Source of the DNA: an uncultured Acidobacteriaceae bacterium
GTDB taxonomy: Bacteria > Acidobacteriota > Terriglobia > Terriglobales > Acidobacteriaceae
Assembly: GCA_963804315.1 (NCBI GenBank)
Contig: CAWDQB010000056.1
Location: 6,052-70,051 of the forward strand
Direction: 5' to 3'
Length of the DNA: 64,000 bases
The notes under the pieces: model-generated
What the model saw: only the letters and a program-made list of their open reading frames with translations
What the model was told of the DNA's origin: nothing
Database searches by the model: none
In this document: positions 30,831 to 41,664 of the stretch, one piece after another
Numbering within the stretch: position 1 is the first letter of the stretch
How the letters are laid out: every line of letters begins with the position of its first letter
Translations under genes and position numbers: made by a program

Positions 30831-31025
30831 AAAGAAAGTTCATCACAAACTCAGCCCGCACAACAGATGCGGTTGCTCTGACGGATACGAAAGAGTGCGA
30901 AGGTTAGGGCACCCGGCGTTGAAGGAATATAAAGATATGGAAAAACTAGGATGCGCCACCCGCCGCATTTGGGCCTTATTCTAAGAGCATAAGATCAGCT
31001 GAACAAGAAAGATTATGAGGTAAGG

Positions 31026-33681
31026 ATGATGGACGAACGCCTAGAATTGAAAACTTCCGTTTGGAAATTGGTAAAGGACGAACGGAAACCTATATTTCTT
31101 GGGCTGGCTTTCGGCGCTACTGTGTCAGCGATATTCCCGTTGATCAAATCCGCCTTTCAAGCTGGCAACCGCTGGATTTGGGACCCTCTGCTCGTTGATG
31201 GTAACGCTCTTCCCATGGTTATCATCTCGATTGCTGGGTTGGCATTCTTCCTTTGGCCCGGACCGGTTTTCTTGCAATGGCTGAAGTCATACTCACAAGG
31301 GATCAATCGTGGTTCATTCGTGGTTCCCGCTCTCACGGTATTTTTCACGCTTGGGCTCCGCTATTGGCTACCTCTTCGGTGGTGGTGCATCTCTATCCCT
31401 GTTATCAGTGCAGTTGCGTTTCTAATTCTATATCTACCATACCGGCGATCTCAAACACTCGAACTCAACGATGACCGATCTGACGATGAACGAAGGTCGC
31501 TAGGAGATGCATGGCCTGAGCGTAGAAAACTCGCTGAAACCATTGCCGATCATATCTTGAAGGAGGGGAAGGCCACATACGCAGTTTATGGTGGATTTGG
31601 CGCTGGAAAATCGTCGATGCTGAACTTCATTTCCGAAGCCCTCCGAGGCGATCCGAACCGTCGTGTAGTCATCGTCAGATTCAACGGCTGGCTACCTGGA
31701 TCACGAGACAATTTTGCTGATCAGCTGCTGAGTGATATTGCGACCCAATGCTCTAGAGAATACTACATACCTCAGTTTCGCCAGACCACTGCGAGAGTAG
31801 CAAAAACTCTGACGACAACTGTTCCACATTTAGGATGGTTATCCGAATGGGTTCCCAAGGAGACGCAACAGGACGCCATCGATAGTCTCAGTAAAGTACT
31901 CGGACGGCTACCAGGAAGATTGATCGTCCTCGTTGATGAAATTGATCGGATGCGAAAAGAAGAGCTCTTTTGTCCTGCTGAAGTTAATCCGGGGATTCAC
32001 TTCCCTTCCGCGTGTGAGTTTCGTCTGCGCCCTTGAACGCAATCATGTCGAAAGCCTCATCCAGGCGGAATATCGAACAGTTGACCATACCTTCTATCAT
32101 AAATTTTTTGTAGAGTCCTTTGAACTGCCTAAGCTCGTTGATTCATTTCTTGAGACCGAGACTCACGATGCACTCACCGCGATCTTTGAAGAGCAGGGAT
32201 GGTTTGAGCGCGATGATCTGGCAAAGAGAGAATATTCGAACGCTATCCATGAGCATTGGAAGAGCATTTTTGCGCCTCTTTGTACGAATCTCAGAGAGGT
32301 AACGAGACTCACCAATTCTGTGCGTACGCTGGCGTGGTCTCTTGTTGACGAGGTACACCCGTTAGATTTGACTCTATTAGCTACTCTACGCTATTTCGCC
32401 CTGCCAGCATCGGAGTTGATATGGTCCTTCCGTGACACGCTTTGCGCACATGATATAGACGGCAGTATTTCGGATCCAGATCGAGTTTACGAGGCTAAGA
32501 TCTCGTCCTTTCTTGAAATTGAAAGCAAGTTACTATCGAGTAGCTTACTTCAAGAATATGTTTTGAGAATACGTCGGATTCTATTCTCTGGGCTAGACGA
32601 AATCAAGGATGCTCAGGGGAAAGATTCAAAGCCGAAACTGAACGCAGAGTTGAGGTATTTCGATCTGAACAAATCTGCGTCTAGAACAAAGAGGCTGCGC
32701 AGTAACTCCTATTTCCCCGCATATTTTCAGAATATTTTGCCAATCGAGATCTTCTCAGAACAAGAACTATCAAAAATCCTCGATGAAATAAGAAAATCAG
32801 ATGAACACAAAACCCAAGATATCGTATTCAGAGAGCTTAAAAAATTAGAAGGTAATGGGGACAAGAGGCTCAATTTTATCGATAAGCTAACAAATAAATC
32901 GGTTGTATCACTCGATCTGGACAAATGCGGTTTCGTGGCGAATGTCCTAGTAGGTCTATCCAATGGATTTGACGACCCACTAAGTGGGAGGGAATATTCT
33001 CAAACCGCCAAATTCGTAATTAGTGTGTGTGACGAGCTTTTCTTGGGGGGGCGTGTTGAGGACCGTATCCGCTTACTTCGCAAATGCATTCTTGGGGCAC
33101 GGGCCGACGGAGTTGCATTCCAGATATTGCGATGGGCCGTTAGCCGACCAATGCCTGATGCCGTCAACGCAACGCAAAAAGGCATAGATAATGTCCCAAG
33201 GGAGGAACTCGAAAGAGCCTATCTGGATCGCATGGAAAGCCGGTATGGACCAGCCGTTGGATTGAAAGAAATTGACCTTAACTTCTCGTATTGGCTAGCA
33301 TTTAGCGATTGGGGAATGATACTCGAAAAAAGCTTTTGGGCCACTCAACGAGATATGCAAAGGACGTTCTGGATGCGGTATATATCTTCACCCATGCGGA
33401 TGGCCGACTTCGCTCATTTCGTTCTAGGTCCTATCTTTATGCAGTCAAGTAGCGGAATGCCGACAAGTTTGTTATGGAAAAATGTCCTGCCGGAGGAAGA
33501 CATTCGCAGTCTGACTCGGACCTTTCCCCCATATCAGGACCAGCTTGCTCTTTCGTATTTGAAGGATCTTCTCGGTGATGACGTTGTTCCCGATCCCATC
33601 AAAAAAGGGTCAGCCAAGCCAAACCCGACAAAGAGACCGGAGTCTCTGACGCCTAATCGCGATGAACTCATCGATGAGTGA
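31026..33681 (+). CDS. KAP-family P-loop NTPase with N-terminal TM helices (frameshift near 31970)
   Basis: Walker A GGFGAGKSS, RFNGW, Walker B IVLVDEIDR, then KFF and NLREVTRL; removing one T at 31968-31971 joins the two ORFs. Confidence 0.85.
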
Positions 33682-33729
33682 AAGGTAACCGAAAGTCGTC
33701 TTGCGGGAACCATTTCATTCAGGAAACGC

Positions 33730-33766
33730 GAGTGCTCCAGATCCCGCTTTTGGGACCTGAGAATCC
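33730..33766. repeat. REP-like hairpin (degenerate)
   Basis: GAGTGCTCCAGATCCCGCTTTTGGGACCTGAGAATCC: imperfect stem with the same GTGC...GAATCC flanks as other copies. Confidence 0.55.
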
Positions 33767-33784
33767 TTGAATTTTTGCACCAAT

Positions 33785-36710
33785 TTACTTCTGCCGCACG
33801 GGCGTTTTCTTTTCAAAGAGATTCAGCCGCTGGGTGAGCATCCCAGCTAACTGCGTATTGCCTTGGCGCGTGGCCAGGTCGGCGGCCTTCTGCTCCAGGT
33901 CAATGGCGCGGTTGTAGCTGCCGGTTTCGGCGTAGGCCGCGGCGAGGGTTCCGAGCACGGCTGGTTCGCGCCCTTGCGTAAGCTGCGCGGCGTGCTCGGC
34001 CAGGGCGACGGCCTCAGTTCCATTGCGTAGCGTCCTGTCCGTGGTCGTTGCCAGTACCCAGGCGCTTTCATTCAGTACCTGGACGTTGTCCGGGTCTTTG
34101 CGCAGCGCCTGACGCCAATGGGCCAGGCCCTCCGCGCGCCGGCCTTTCATCACCAGAGCCATGCCCAGGAAGTAGTGCGCTTCAACGAGATTGGGTTCGA
34201 GGTGCAAGGCGCGCTCAAAGTGCGGAACTGCCTCATCGGTCTGGCCTTTAACCGCCAAGGCCTGCCCCAGATTGTCTTCAAACTCGGCGTTCTGGGGATC
34301 GAGCGCGATGGCTTTTTGCAGGTGCGGAATGGCCTCGTCCAATTTTTCCACGGAGAGCAGCGCGTGGCCCAGGTTGCCTTCCGCCGCAGCGTAGGCCGGG
34401 TCCAGTTCCACAGCCTTGGTGAAATCAGCAATCGCTTCTTCCAGATTGTCTTTCATGGCCAGCACGAGGCCCAGATTGTTGTAGGCGTGGGCGTATTTGG
34501 GGTCGCTCTCGATGGCCAGGCGATAGTGTTCGACGGCCTCGTCGAGATGACCCTGGCTGGCCAGCGCAAAGCCGAGATTATTGTGCGCTTCGGCGTATTC
34601 AGGATTGATGGTTATGGCCGCCTGAAGCTGCTCGACGGCCTCCGGCAGTTGGTGCGCCTCGAGCAGAGCGCGGCCCAGGTTGTTGCGCGCCTCGGCGTAG
34701 GTTGGATTGTCTTCGAGCGCCTTGCGGTAGTGCTCGATGGCCTCCGTCTTGCGCCCGGTGCCCTCGAGCGCGATGGCCAGATTATTCTGTGCCTCCGGAT
34801 AGCGCGGCTTGATCAATACAGCCCTTTGCAACTGTACAATCGCCTCGCTGTTCTTGCCCGCCTTGGAGAGCGTCTGGCCGTAGTTGTTACGCGCGCGGGC
34901 ATCCTCGGGACTCATGGCGATGGCCTTGGTCCACTCCGGAATGGCGGCGGCGAGCTGGCCTTTTTTGGCCAGATCAGCGGCGACATCGTACTGCTTGTAG
35001 AAATCCACAGCCGGGGTGGCGATGTGCTCGATGCCGCTGGGATCCATGTTGACGAACTCCGGAATGTTCACGGCGCGATTGGCGGCGGTAGAGTTCTCGA
35101 TCAGGATGGCCGGCGTGTCGTGGCCCTCTGCATCGATGTGTGTGAGAAACATCTGCGTGTAGGGCGAGCGGCTCTTGGAGGAAAAGACCAGCCAGCGGCC
35201 ATTGGGCGAGAAGCTGTGCCAGGAGTTCATCAACGGCGTATTGCAGGTCATCTGGCGGGCGACGCCGCCCTCGGCCGGAACAATGTACAGCTTGCCGTCC
35301 GGGCGCATGAGCTGGCCGTTGCGCGCCTGCACAAAGACGAGCCATTTGCCGTCGGGCGAGATTTTGGCAAAGCTGTTGCTCATGCCGTTCTGCGATGCGC
35401 CTTTGATAGGCTCAGGCTTGCCGCCCAAGCCGTGATTGAAAGGGATGCGATAGAGGTCGTACTGGATGGGGACCTCCGCCGGGTCGTTGGCGTAGGCGGC
35501 TATCTTGCCGTCGGCGGCGTAAGGCTCCTTGGCCACAGCGCGGGCAAAGACAAGATACTTGCCGTCCGGGCTCCAGACTGCGCTGGCTTGCACAAAGTGC
35601 GGATCGTCCGCGCCCGGCAGCGGCTCAAACTTCTTGGTCTCACGGTCATACCAGGCGAGGATGCCGCGCGTCGGATAGAAGACTTGCAAGAAGCGGTAGT
35701 CTTTGAAGTTAGCCACATAATAGAAGGAGGAGCTTTTGCTACCCGGCGGGCGGATGGTGGTGACCACGTAGCGGCCATCGGGCGAGACCTGGGACATGAA
35801 GCCCACGCGCGCAGGACTGCCGGACTCCGTAGGGAAGGAGGACCAGGAGATCATGTCCTGGGTGCGGATCGACATTTGCCTGGCAACAGGAACCACCGCA
35901 TATAATCCCTTGTCATTTTGCGGCCCGTCCATATCGATGCCCAGCGTCTTGCCGTTGGCGGCGAACGAGTGGCAGTTGGCGCAGGAGTGTAGGTCGGTCA
36001 TCACCACATGGCTACCCGTCTCCGAGACGTTGCGCATCCGCCACTCGATCAGCGGAATGGCACTCGATGGCCAGCGGCTTGATGAATCCCTTCTCGGTCT
36101 CCGAGGGCATCAGCGGCACATCGCGATAAAAGATCGGTGCGCCGACCGGATCGATGGAGACGCTCAGCTTCATGCTGCCACGCGAGACGGGCGTAGCGTT
36201 GTCACTGGCCGCAAAGCCGCTGATGGTGAGGTTGGCGGGCGCTGTGACTGCGTGCTGCCGGATCGCTTCCCAGGTCATTGCGTCGGGCCTCCAGGTGTGC
36301 GCGGCAGCCTGCTCAGGCGTCAGCTCGGGCGGTTTGTTGGTGTCAGAAACAGCGCGTGGATCAATCTCGCCGATGCGCATCGGCTCGCCCTTCGACGAAA
36401 TGAGCAGCGACGTTGAGCCATCCGCGAAGGCAATTTCGATCTTCCATGTGATGGCATCCAGCGCTGTGTCGCGCCATTGAAAGAGCGGAGGAGCCATGTC
36501 GGGAGGAAAGACCGAGCCACTCAGCGGATAGTCAACAGCGATCCGCGCAGGCTCGCTCAGCGCCTTGACCACCGGAATGCCTCGACCCGCAACGAGGCCG
36601 GTGAACAAAAGAATCCCCGCGACTGTACAAATAAAAGCTGCTCTGCGATGGCCAGAATTCCTCACTCTCTTTCTGGCACAACTCTCTAATCGCGGCTCCC
36701 CGACGCGCAT
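33785..36710 (-). CDS. Exported protein with CxxCH motif, TolB-like (PD40) beta-propeller and long TPR array (frameshift near 36070)
   Basis: CANCHS; repeated SPDGR/WSPDGK/FSPNGR; about 9-10 TPRs; ORF 36012-36773 supplies the N-terminus (IFYRDVPL). Start uncertain. Confidence 0.8.
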
Positions 36711-37249
36711 TGAATCCTGTATCATCAACGACTCCCGACCTCGCATGGCTTGCATCCGCGCCTCACCCAGCAAGGGGATGCCGGCATTCTATCCAAGGCG
36801 CTGACACATCAAAATCGCTTCCAGCTGGCTCATCTTTGCGGCACCGGCTCCGCGACAGTATACTCCCGGAAGCCCTGACCAGTCGCTTCCAATTCTCTTC
36901 CGGTTGCCACTTGGCTGGCGCGCTCAGGGGCCTGGAAGCGGTTCGTCAAGCAGTATAAAGAGGCTGCGGTTTCCATCGTTGTCCATACAAAACCTGGCAA
37001 TGGCCAGATGAAGGTTACTCCTGGCTGCGCTGTATTGGGCAGATATCTTCGGCACCAATGAATTATGGCTCTCAATTGCTCGACAAACCCCAGGGAATCA
37101 ACAATTGACAGCTTCCATGCCTTTTTGAAAATTCTATCTTCCAGGCACATCGAACGAACGCCGATTCACCAAGCGGGACACCCGGCTGCGAAAACCACGT
37201 AGAATGGAAGCAGCACAAAGTTTGAAGTAGTGTTTCCAAGGAGGATCAA

Positions 37250-37477
37250 ATGGCAACAGCATTGAATCATCCGGATATTGGTTCGGGCAATGGCGTGATC
37301 AGCGAGGAAGTCCGGCGTCTGACCGAACAAGCGCGCGCGGAGCGGGAGCGTAGAAAACAGGCATTGAACTTGCAAAGAAGCAATATTCTTTCGCAAAAAA
37401 CTTCGAATCCATCCAGACGCGCGGCATTGATGGCGGCACTGGAGCAGATCGAGGGCGAGATACAGGCAATTCACTAG
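37250..37477 (+). CDS. Small hypothetical helical protein
   Basis: 75-aa ORF with GAGG RBS; coiled-coil-like composition. Confidence 0.6.
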   Translation: MATALNHPDIGSGNGVISEEVRRLTEQARAERERRKQALNLQRSNILSQKTSNPSRRAALMAALEQIEGEIQAIH

Positions 37478-38085
37478 ATGTGAGGTTTCAACAGGTTGTC
37501 CATTCGATCTGGACGCGAGAAGCTGGTTGCAACGAGCAGCCCAGGTTTCCCGAGTGGAGTCCAAATGGACTACCTTCAGAATGCACGACTCACCCGTTTA
37601 TTGTTGAGAGCATTGACAAATATGGCCGTCTAACAAGGCTGCACAGAGCAATGTGTGGTCCTATGCTTCCTGATACCAGAAAGCTGCCACCAATATGGGT
37701 GCGCAGCTATAGCCAACCGTGCCGCGCAGGACAGCGCAGGACTCAGATACCTCAGTTCTTGGCCGCGTGTTAGCCTCGCCAAAGCGCATCCATCCTCATA
37801 AGAATAGGTTTCTGCTATTCGCCGACGCGCCGGAAGGGCTGGCTCATCGTCCGCGAACTTCAGCTCGGCTGCTCGACACTCATCCTCAGCCTGTGCCGCG
37901 CTGGCCTGAATTGAAACAACGGCTTGCGGGTACACCTTAGCCGGAGAATACTTCCTCTCTGCAAAATCCCACTTTCGGACAATAATCCTCTGATTCTGAG
38001 CAAAAATGCTCACTGCTGTTTCTTTCCTGGCTCTAGGCTGAAAGAAATGATCGGCAAGAAGCGAAATCTGTGAAAGAATCCTATC

Positions 38086-39558
38086 ATGATGAAGTTTCCC
38101 AAAATCATTCAAGGCGGAATGGGCGTGGGCGTCTCGAACTGGCGTCTGGCCAATGTCGTCGCCAAACTCGGTCAGCTCGGCGTTGTCTCCGGCACAGCGC
38201 TCGATTCCCTTTTTGTCCGCCGGCTGAATGAGGGAGATCCCGGCGGCCACATGCGCCGCGGCCTGGACGCGTTTCCCTTCCCGGAGATGGCCCAGCGCAT
38301 CTGGGACGAGTACTACATCCCCGGTGGAAAGGCCGCCAGTGTACCTTATGCGCTGCCACCGATGCACCAGCGCCGCGATATGCGCAAGGTTGTCGAGCTG
38401 TGCATTGTGAGCAACTTCGTCGAGGTCTATCTGGCCCGCGATGGACATAAAAATCCCGTAGGCATCAACTTCCTGGAAAAGGTGCAGATGCCGCACCTTT
38501 CGTCGATCTATGGAGCCATGCTGGCCGGCGTCGGCTATGTGCTGATGGGCGCAGGCATACCGCTGCATATTCCCGGAGTACTGGACGCTCTGGCTGGACT
38601 GCGCCCGGCTCAGTACCATTTGGCGGTCACCGGCGCCGCGCCCGACACCGACACGGCGATGAACTTTGATCCCGCCGATTACGTCCAGGGAGCACTTCCG
38701 CAGCTTGACCGGCCGAAATTCCTGGCCATCGTCAGCTCCAACACTTTGGCCACAACAATGCTGCGTCGCGCCACGGGCCGTGTCGATGGTCTGGTTCTTG
38801 AAACCCCCATCGCCGGTGGACACAATGCGCCACCGCGCGGCAAGCTGCAACTGAACGCCAATGGCGAGCCTATCTACGGCGAACGGGATCAAGTCGATCT
38901 GGCCGGACTGCGCGCGCTGGGTGTGCCTTTCTGGATGGCCGGCGGGTACGGTAACGCCCAGAGCCTACGATACGCCCTCGACCAGGGCGCGGCGGGCGTG
39001 CAGGTGGGTACAGCTTTCGCCTTCAGCGAAGAGTCCGGCATGAGGGCTGATCTGAAGAATGAACTGATTGCCCAGGCAGTCACCAACTCAGGCGTGGTCT
39101 TTACCGATCCGCTGGCTTCGCCCACTGGATTTCCCTTCAAGGTGGCGATTCTGCAGGGTTCGTACTCCGACACGGCGGTTGCCGAGGCGCGAACGCGGGT
39201 TTGCGACATCGGGTTGCTGCGGGAGTCCTACGTCCAGCCAAACGGCAAGATCGGCTACCGCTGCTCGGCTGAACCGGTGGCCAACTACGTTGCCAAGGGC
39301 GGCAAGGCAGAGGAGACCGTGGGCCGCAAGTGCCTGTGTAACGCGCTGATGGCCAACATCGGCCATGGGCAGACACGCAAGGATGGTTCTCAAGAGCCGC
39401 CGTTGATTACGGTCGGCGACGATCTGAACACCGTCGCCCAGTTCCTGGCTCCGGGCAGAACCAGTTACAGCGCTGCCGATGTCGTCAGATCGCTGCTGAG
39501 CCTGTGTCCGGAGTCTGTTGCGGAAGAATCCATAGAATCGGCTTTGACCATCGCCTAG
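38086..39558 (+). CDS. Nitronate monooxygenase / FabK-FabX-like FMN enzyme
   Basis: IIQGGMGVGVS, AGGHN, MAGG, GVQVGTAF and SPTGFP motifs; C-terminal Cys cluster. Confidence 0.85.
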   Translation: MMKFPKIIQGGMGVGVSNWRLANVVAKLGQLGVVSGTALDSLFVRRLNEGDPGGHMRRGLDAFPFPEMAQRIWDEYYIPGGKAASVPYALPPMHQRRDMRKVVELCIVSNFVEVYLARDGHKNPVGINFLEKVQMPHLSSIYGAMLAGVGYVLMGAGIPLHIPGVLDALAGLRPAQYHLAVTGAAPDTDTAMNFDPADYVQGALPQLDRPKFLAIVSSNTLATTMLRRATGRVDGLVLETPIAGGHNAPPRGKLQLNANGEPIYGERDQVDLAGLRALGVPFWMAGGYGNAQSLRYALDQGAAGVQVGTAFAFSEESGMRADLKNELIAQAVTNSGVVFTDPLASPTGFPFKVAILQGSYSDTAVAEARTRVCDIGLLRESYVQPNGKIGYRCSAEPVANYVAKGGKAEETVGRKCLCNALMANIGHGQTRKDGSQEPPLITVGDDLNTVAQFLAPGRTSYSAADVVRSLLSLCPESVAEESIESALTIA

Positions 39559-39571
39559 AGCGGCAGAAAGC

Positions 39572-39617
39572 TCAAAAATAGAAGCCTCCGAATCGATTCG
39601 GAGGCTTCTATTTTTGA
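39572..39617. terminator. Bidirectional intrinsic terminator
   Basis: Perfect 46-bp palindrome TCAAAAATAGAAGCCTCCGAATC|GATTCGGAGGCTTCTATTTTTGA between convergent genes, with a U-tract in both directions. Confidence 0.9.
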
Positions 39618-39624
39618 AGAGAAT

Positions 39625-40932
39625 TTATCCCAGTACTCTCCGGAAGATGGCATCCACATTGCCTAACTGGCGGGTGTAGTCAAAGGTGCGGGCCAGCTTC
39701 TCAGGGCTGAGCAGCGCGGTGATTGCCGCCTCCTTGGCGACCTCGTCGCGGAAGACCAGCTCTTCCCTCCAGGCGCGCATGGCGTGCGATTGCACCAGCC
39801 TGTAAGCGTCCTCACGCAGCATTCCGGCTTCAGCCAAATCGAGCAGCAATTGGCCACTGAAGATCAACCCCCCGGTCGATTCCAGATTCTTCTTCATCCG
39901 CTCTGGATAAACCAGCAAGCGGTCGATCAGATCGGTGATCTTGGCCAGCAGGTAATCGACCAGGATCGTTGAATCCGGGAAGATGACGCGCTCGGCGGAG
40001 GAGTGCGAGATGTCCCGCTCATGCCACAGCGCGACATCTTCGAAGGCCACCTGCGCATTGCCGCGCAAGACGCGCGCCAGACCGCTGATCTGCTCGGAAG
40101 TAATGGGGTTCTTCTTGTGCGGCATCGCCGAGGAGCCTTTCTGCTTCTCGCTGAAGTACTCTTGCGCCTCGCGCACCTCAGTGCGTTGCAGGTGGCGGAT
40201 CTCGATGGCAATCTTATCCAGAGTGCAGCCGATGATGGCCAGCGTGGAGATGTACGCCGCGTGCCGGTCGCGCTGGATCACCTGCGTGGCCACAAGTGCG
40301 GGCTTCAAGCCGAGCCGCGCGCAGATGCGCTCCTCGTGCTCCGGCTTCAGGTGGCCAAACGTTCCCACCGCGCCCGAGAGCTTGCCAACGCGCAAATCCT
40401 CGGCTGCAGCGTCGAAGCGAATCAGGTTGCGCTCCATCTCGGCGAACCAGTTGAGCAGCTTGAGTCCGAAGGTCGTCGGCTCGGCGTGGATGCCATGGGT
40501 GCGGCCGATCGTCGGCGTGTGCTTGAACTCGACGGCGCGCCGCCTGAGAACTTCGAGGAAGCCGGTGAGTCCTGAGCGAATCAGCGCGGAAGCTTCTTTG
40601 AGTTGGAGCGCCTGCGCGGTGTCCACAATGTCGGTCGAGGTCAGCCCGTAATGGAGCCAGCGCGACTCGGCATCAAGGCCCTGCGCTTTGAGCGTCTCGG
40701 CGACGGCTGTCGTGAAGGCGATCACGTCATGCTTGACCTCGGCCTCAATCTCCTGAATTCGAGCGACGGTAAAGCTGGCTTTGGTAGCGATGGCTTCAGC
40801 AGCAGCGGAGGGAATTACCCCATCCTCGGCCAGAATTGTGCTGGCCGTCGACTCCACTTGGAGCCAGCAGACGTACTTGTGCTCTTCGGTCCAGATGCGG
40901 CCCATCGCTGGGCGTGTATAGCGTTCGATCAA
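39625..40932 (-). CDS. purB: Adenylosuccinate lyase
   Basis: MIERY, HDVIAF, GRTHGIHAEPTTFG, GSSAMPHKKNP and ERDISHSS motifs. Confidence 0.97.
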   Translation of the reverse strand: MIERYTRPAMGRIWTEEHKYVCWLQVESTASTILAEDGVIPSAAAEAIATKASFTVARIQEIEAEVKHDVIAFTTAVAETLKAQGLDAESRWLHYGLTSTDIVDTAQALQLKEASALIRSGLTGFLEVLRRRAVEFKHTPTIGRTHGIHAEPTTFGLKLLNWFAEMERNLIRFDAAAEDLRVGKLSGAVGTFGHLKPEHEERICARLGLKPALVATQVIQRDRHAAYISTLAIIGCTLDKIAIEIRHLQRTEVREAQEYFSEKQKGSSAMPHKKNPITSEQISGLARVLRGNAQVAFEDVALWHERDISHSSAERVIFPDSTILVDYLLAKITDLIDRLLVYPERMKKNLESTGGLIFSGQLLLDLAEAGMLREDAYRLVQSHAMRAWREELVFRDEVAKEAAITALLSPEKLARTFDYTRQLGNVDAIFRRVLG

Positions 40933-41112
40933 AGCAAATCTCCTTCATTGAGCCGCATCGAGCGGCTCTGCTTCAACTCTTTATTGTACGAGCCGAATGT
41001 CTTTTAGCACGAGGAACACTGGCTGCCCGTAATAGAAAATGGCTGATCTGCCGGTCTGGAATTACCGGAATGAAGAATGTATCAGGCACAGCCTTCTCGA
41101 GTCGAAATTGTT

Positions 41113-41331
41113 TTAATCCTTCAACTTATCCCGTTTCCGAAAGCACCATCCTGAGCCAAAAGTCAAAAGTGAAGAAACTCCAGCCAGGATCGCGACCATA
41201 ATCAGGCGTATATGCCAGTCAACCGGGGCCACGAAGCACACCCCGGCAATCATGATTATTGGAAGCAATGCGGCTACACCCAGTCCCCATGCCGCAATCG
41301 TGAACCACAAAGATGGAATGCTAGGTTGCAT
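41113..41331 (-). CDS. Small hypothetical two-TM protein
   Basis: 72 aa, two hydrophobic helices, GGAGG upstream. Confidence 0.5.
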   Translation of the reverse strand: MQPSIPSLWFTIAAWGLGVAALLPIIMIAGVCFVAPVDWHIRLIMVAILAGVSSLLTFGSGWCFRKRDKLKD

Positions 41332-41375
41332 ATGTCAGTAGAACCCTCCAGATCGTTCATTGAAAAACGGCTTGT

Positions 41376-41633
41376 TCAGTCGCGTGGAATCCCCAGCCGC
41401 TGACACAGTTCGTCCTCCAGCAGCCCGCGCCCTGGCTTGTAGGGCTGGAACCATTCACCGTCGATGACCAGTTGCGGCACGGCCCGCTTGCCGATGCGGC
41501 GCACCAACTCTGCCGCCGCCTCGCGGTCCTTGTCGATGTCGATCTCGGTGAACTCGACGCCGTGATTGGTGAGGAATCTGCGCGCGGCGCGGCAGTCCCC
41601 GCACCAGGTGACGCCATACATTTGCACCTTCAT
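41376..41633 (-). CDS. Glutaredoxin-like protein (NrdH/mycoredoxin-like)
   Basis: WCGDC active site and AVPQLVIDG. Confidence 0.88.
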   Translation of the reverse strand: MKVQMYGVTWCGDCRAARRFLTNHGVEFTEIDIDKDREAAAELVRRIGKRAVPQLVIDGEWFQPYKPGRGLLEDELCQRLGIPRD

Positions 41634-41664
41634 GGGAAGATTCTACCGCCTCCGCGCTGCTACG

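Larger units (their letters stand above)
28397..30888 (-). mobile_element. Complete IS66-family insertion sequence (2492 bp)
   Basis: tnpA-tnpB-tnpC; imperfect terminal IRs GTATGCGTCCGACCAAC / GTATCCGTCAGAGCAAC; perfect 8-bp target duplication GAAAGAGT at 28389-28396 and 30889-30896. Confidence 0.96.

Noticed and set aside
34118-35905. 595-aa plus-strand ORF
   Set aside because: Antisense shadow of the GC-rich TPR/propeller gene with no recognisable motifs.
37630-38892. 420-aa minus-strand ORF
   Set aside because: Mostly antisense to the NMO-family gene with no domain signal.
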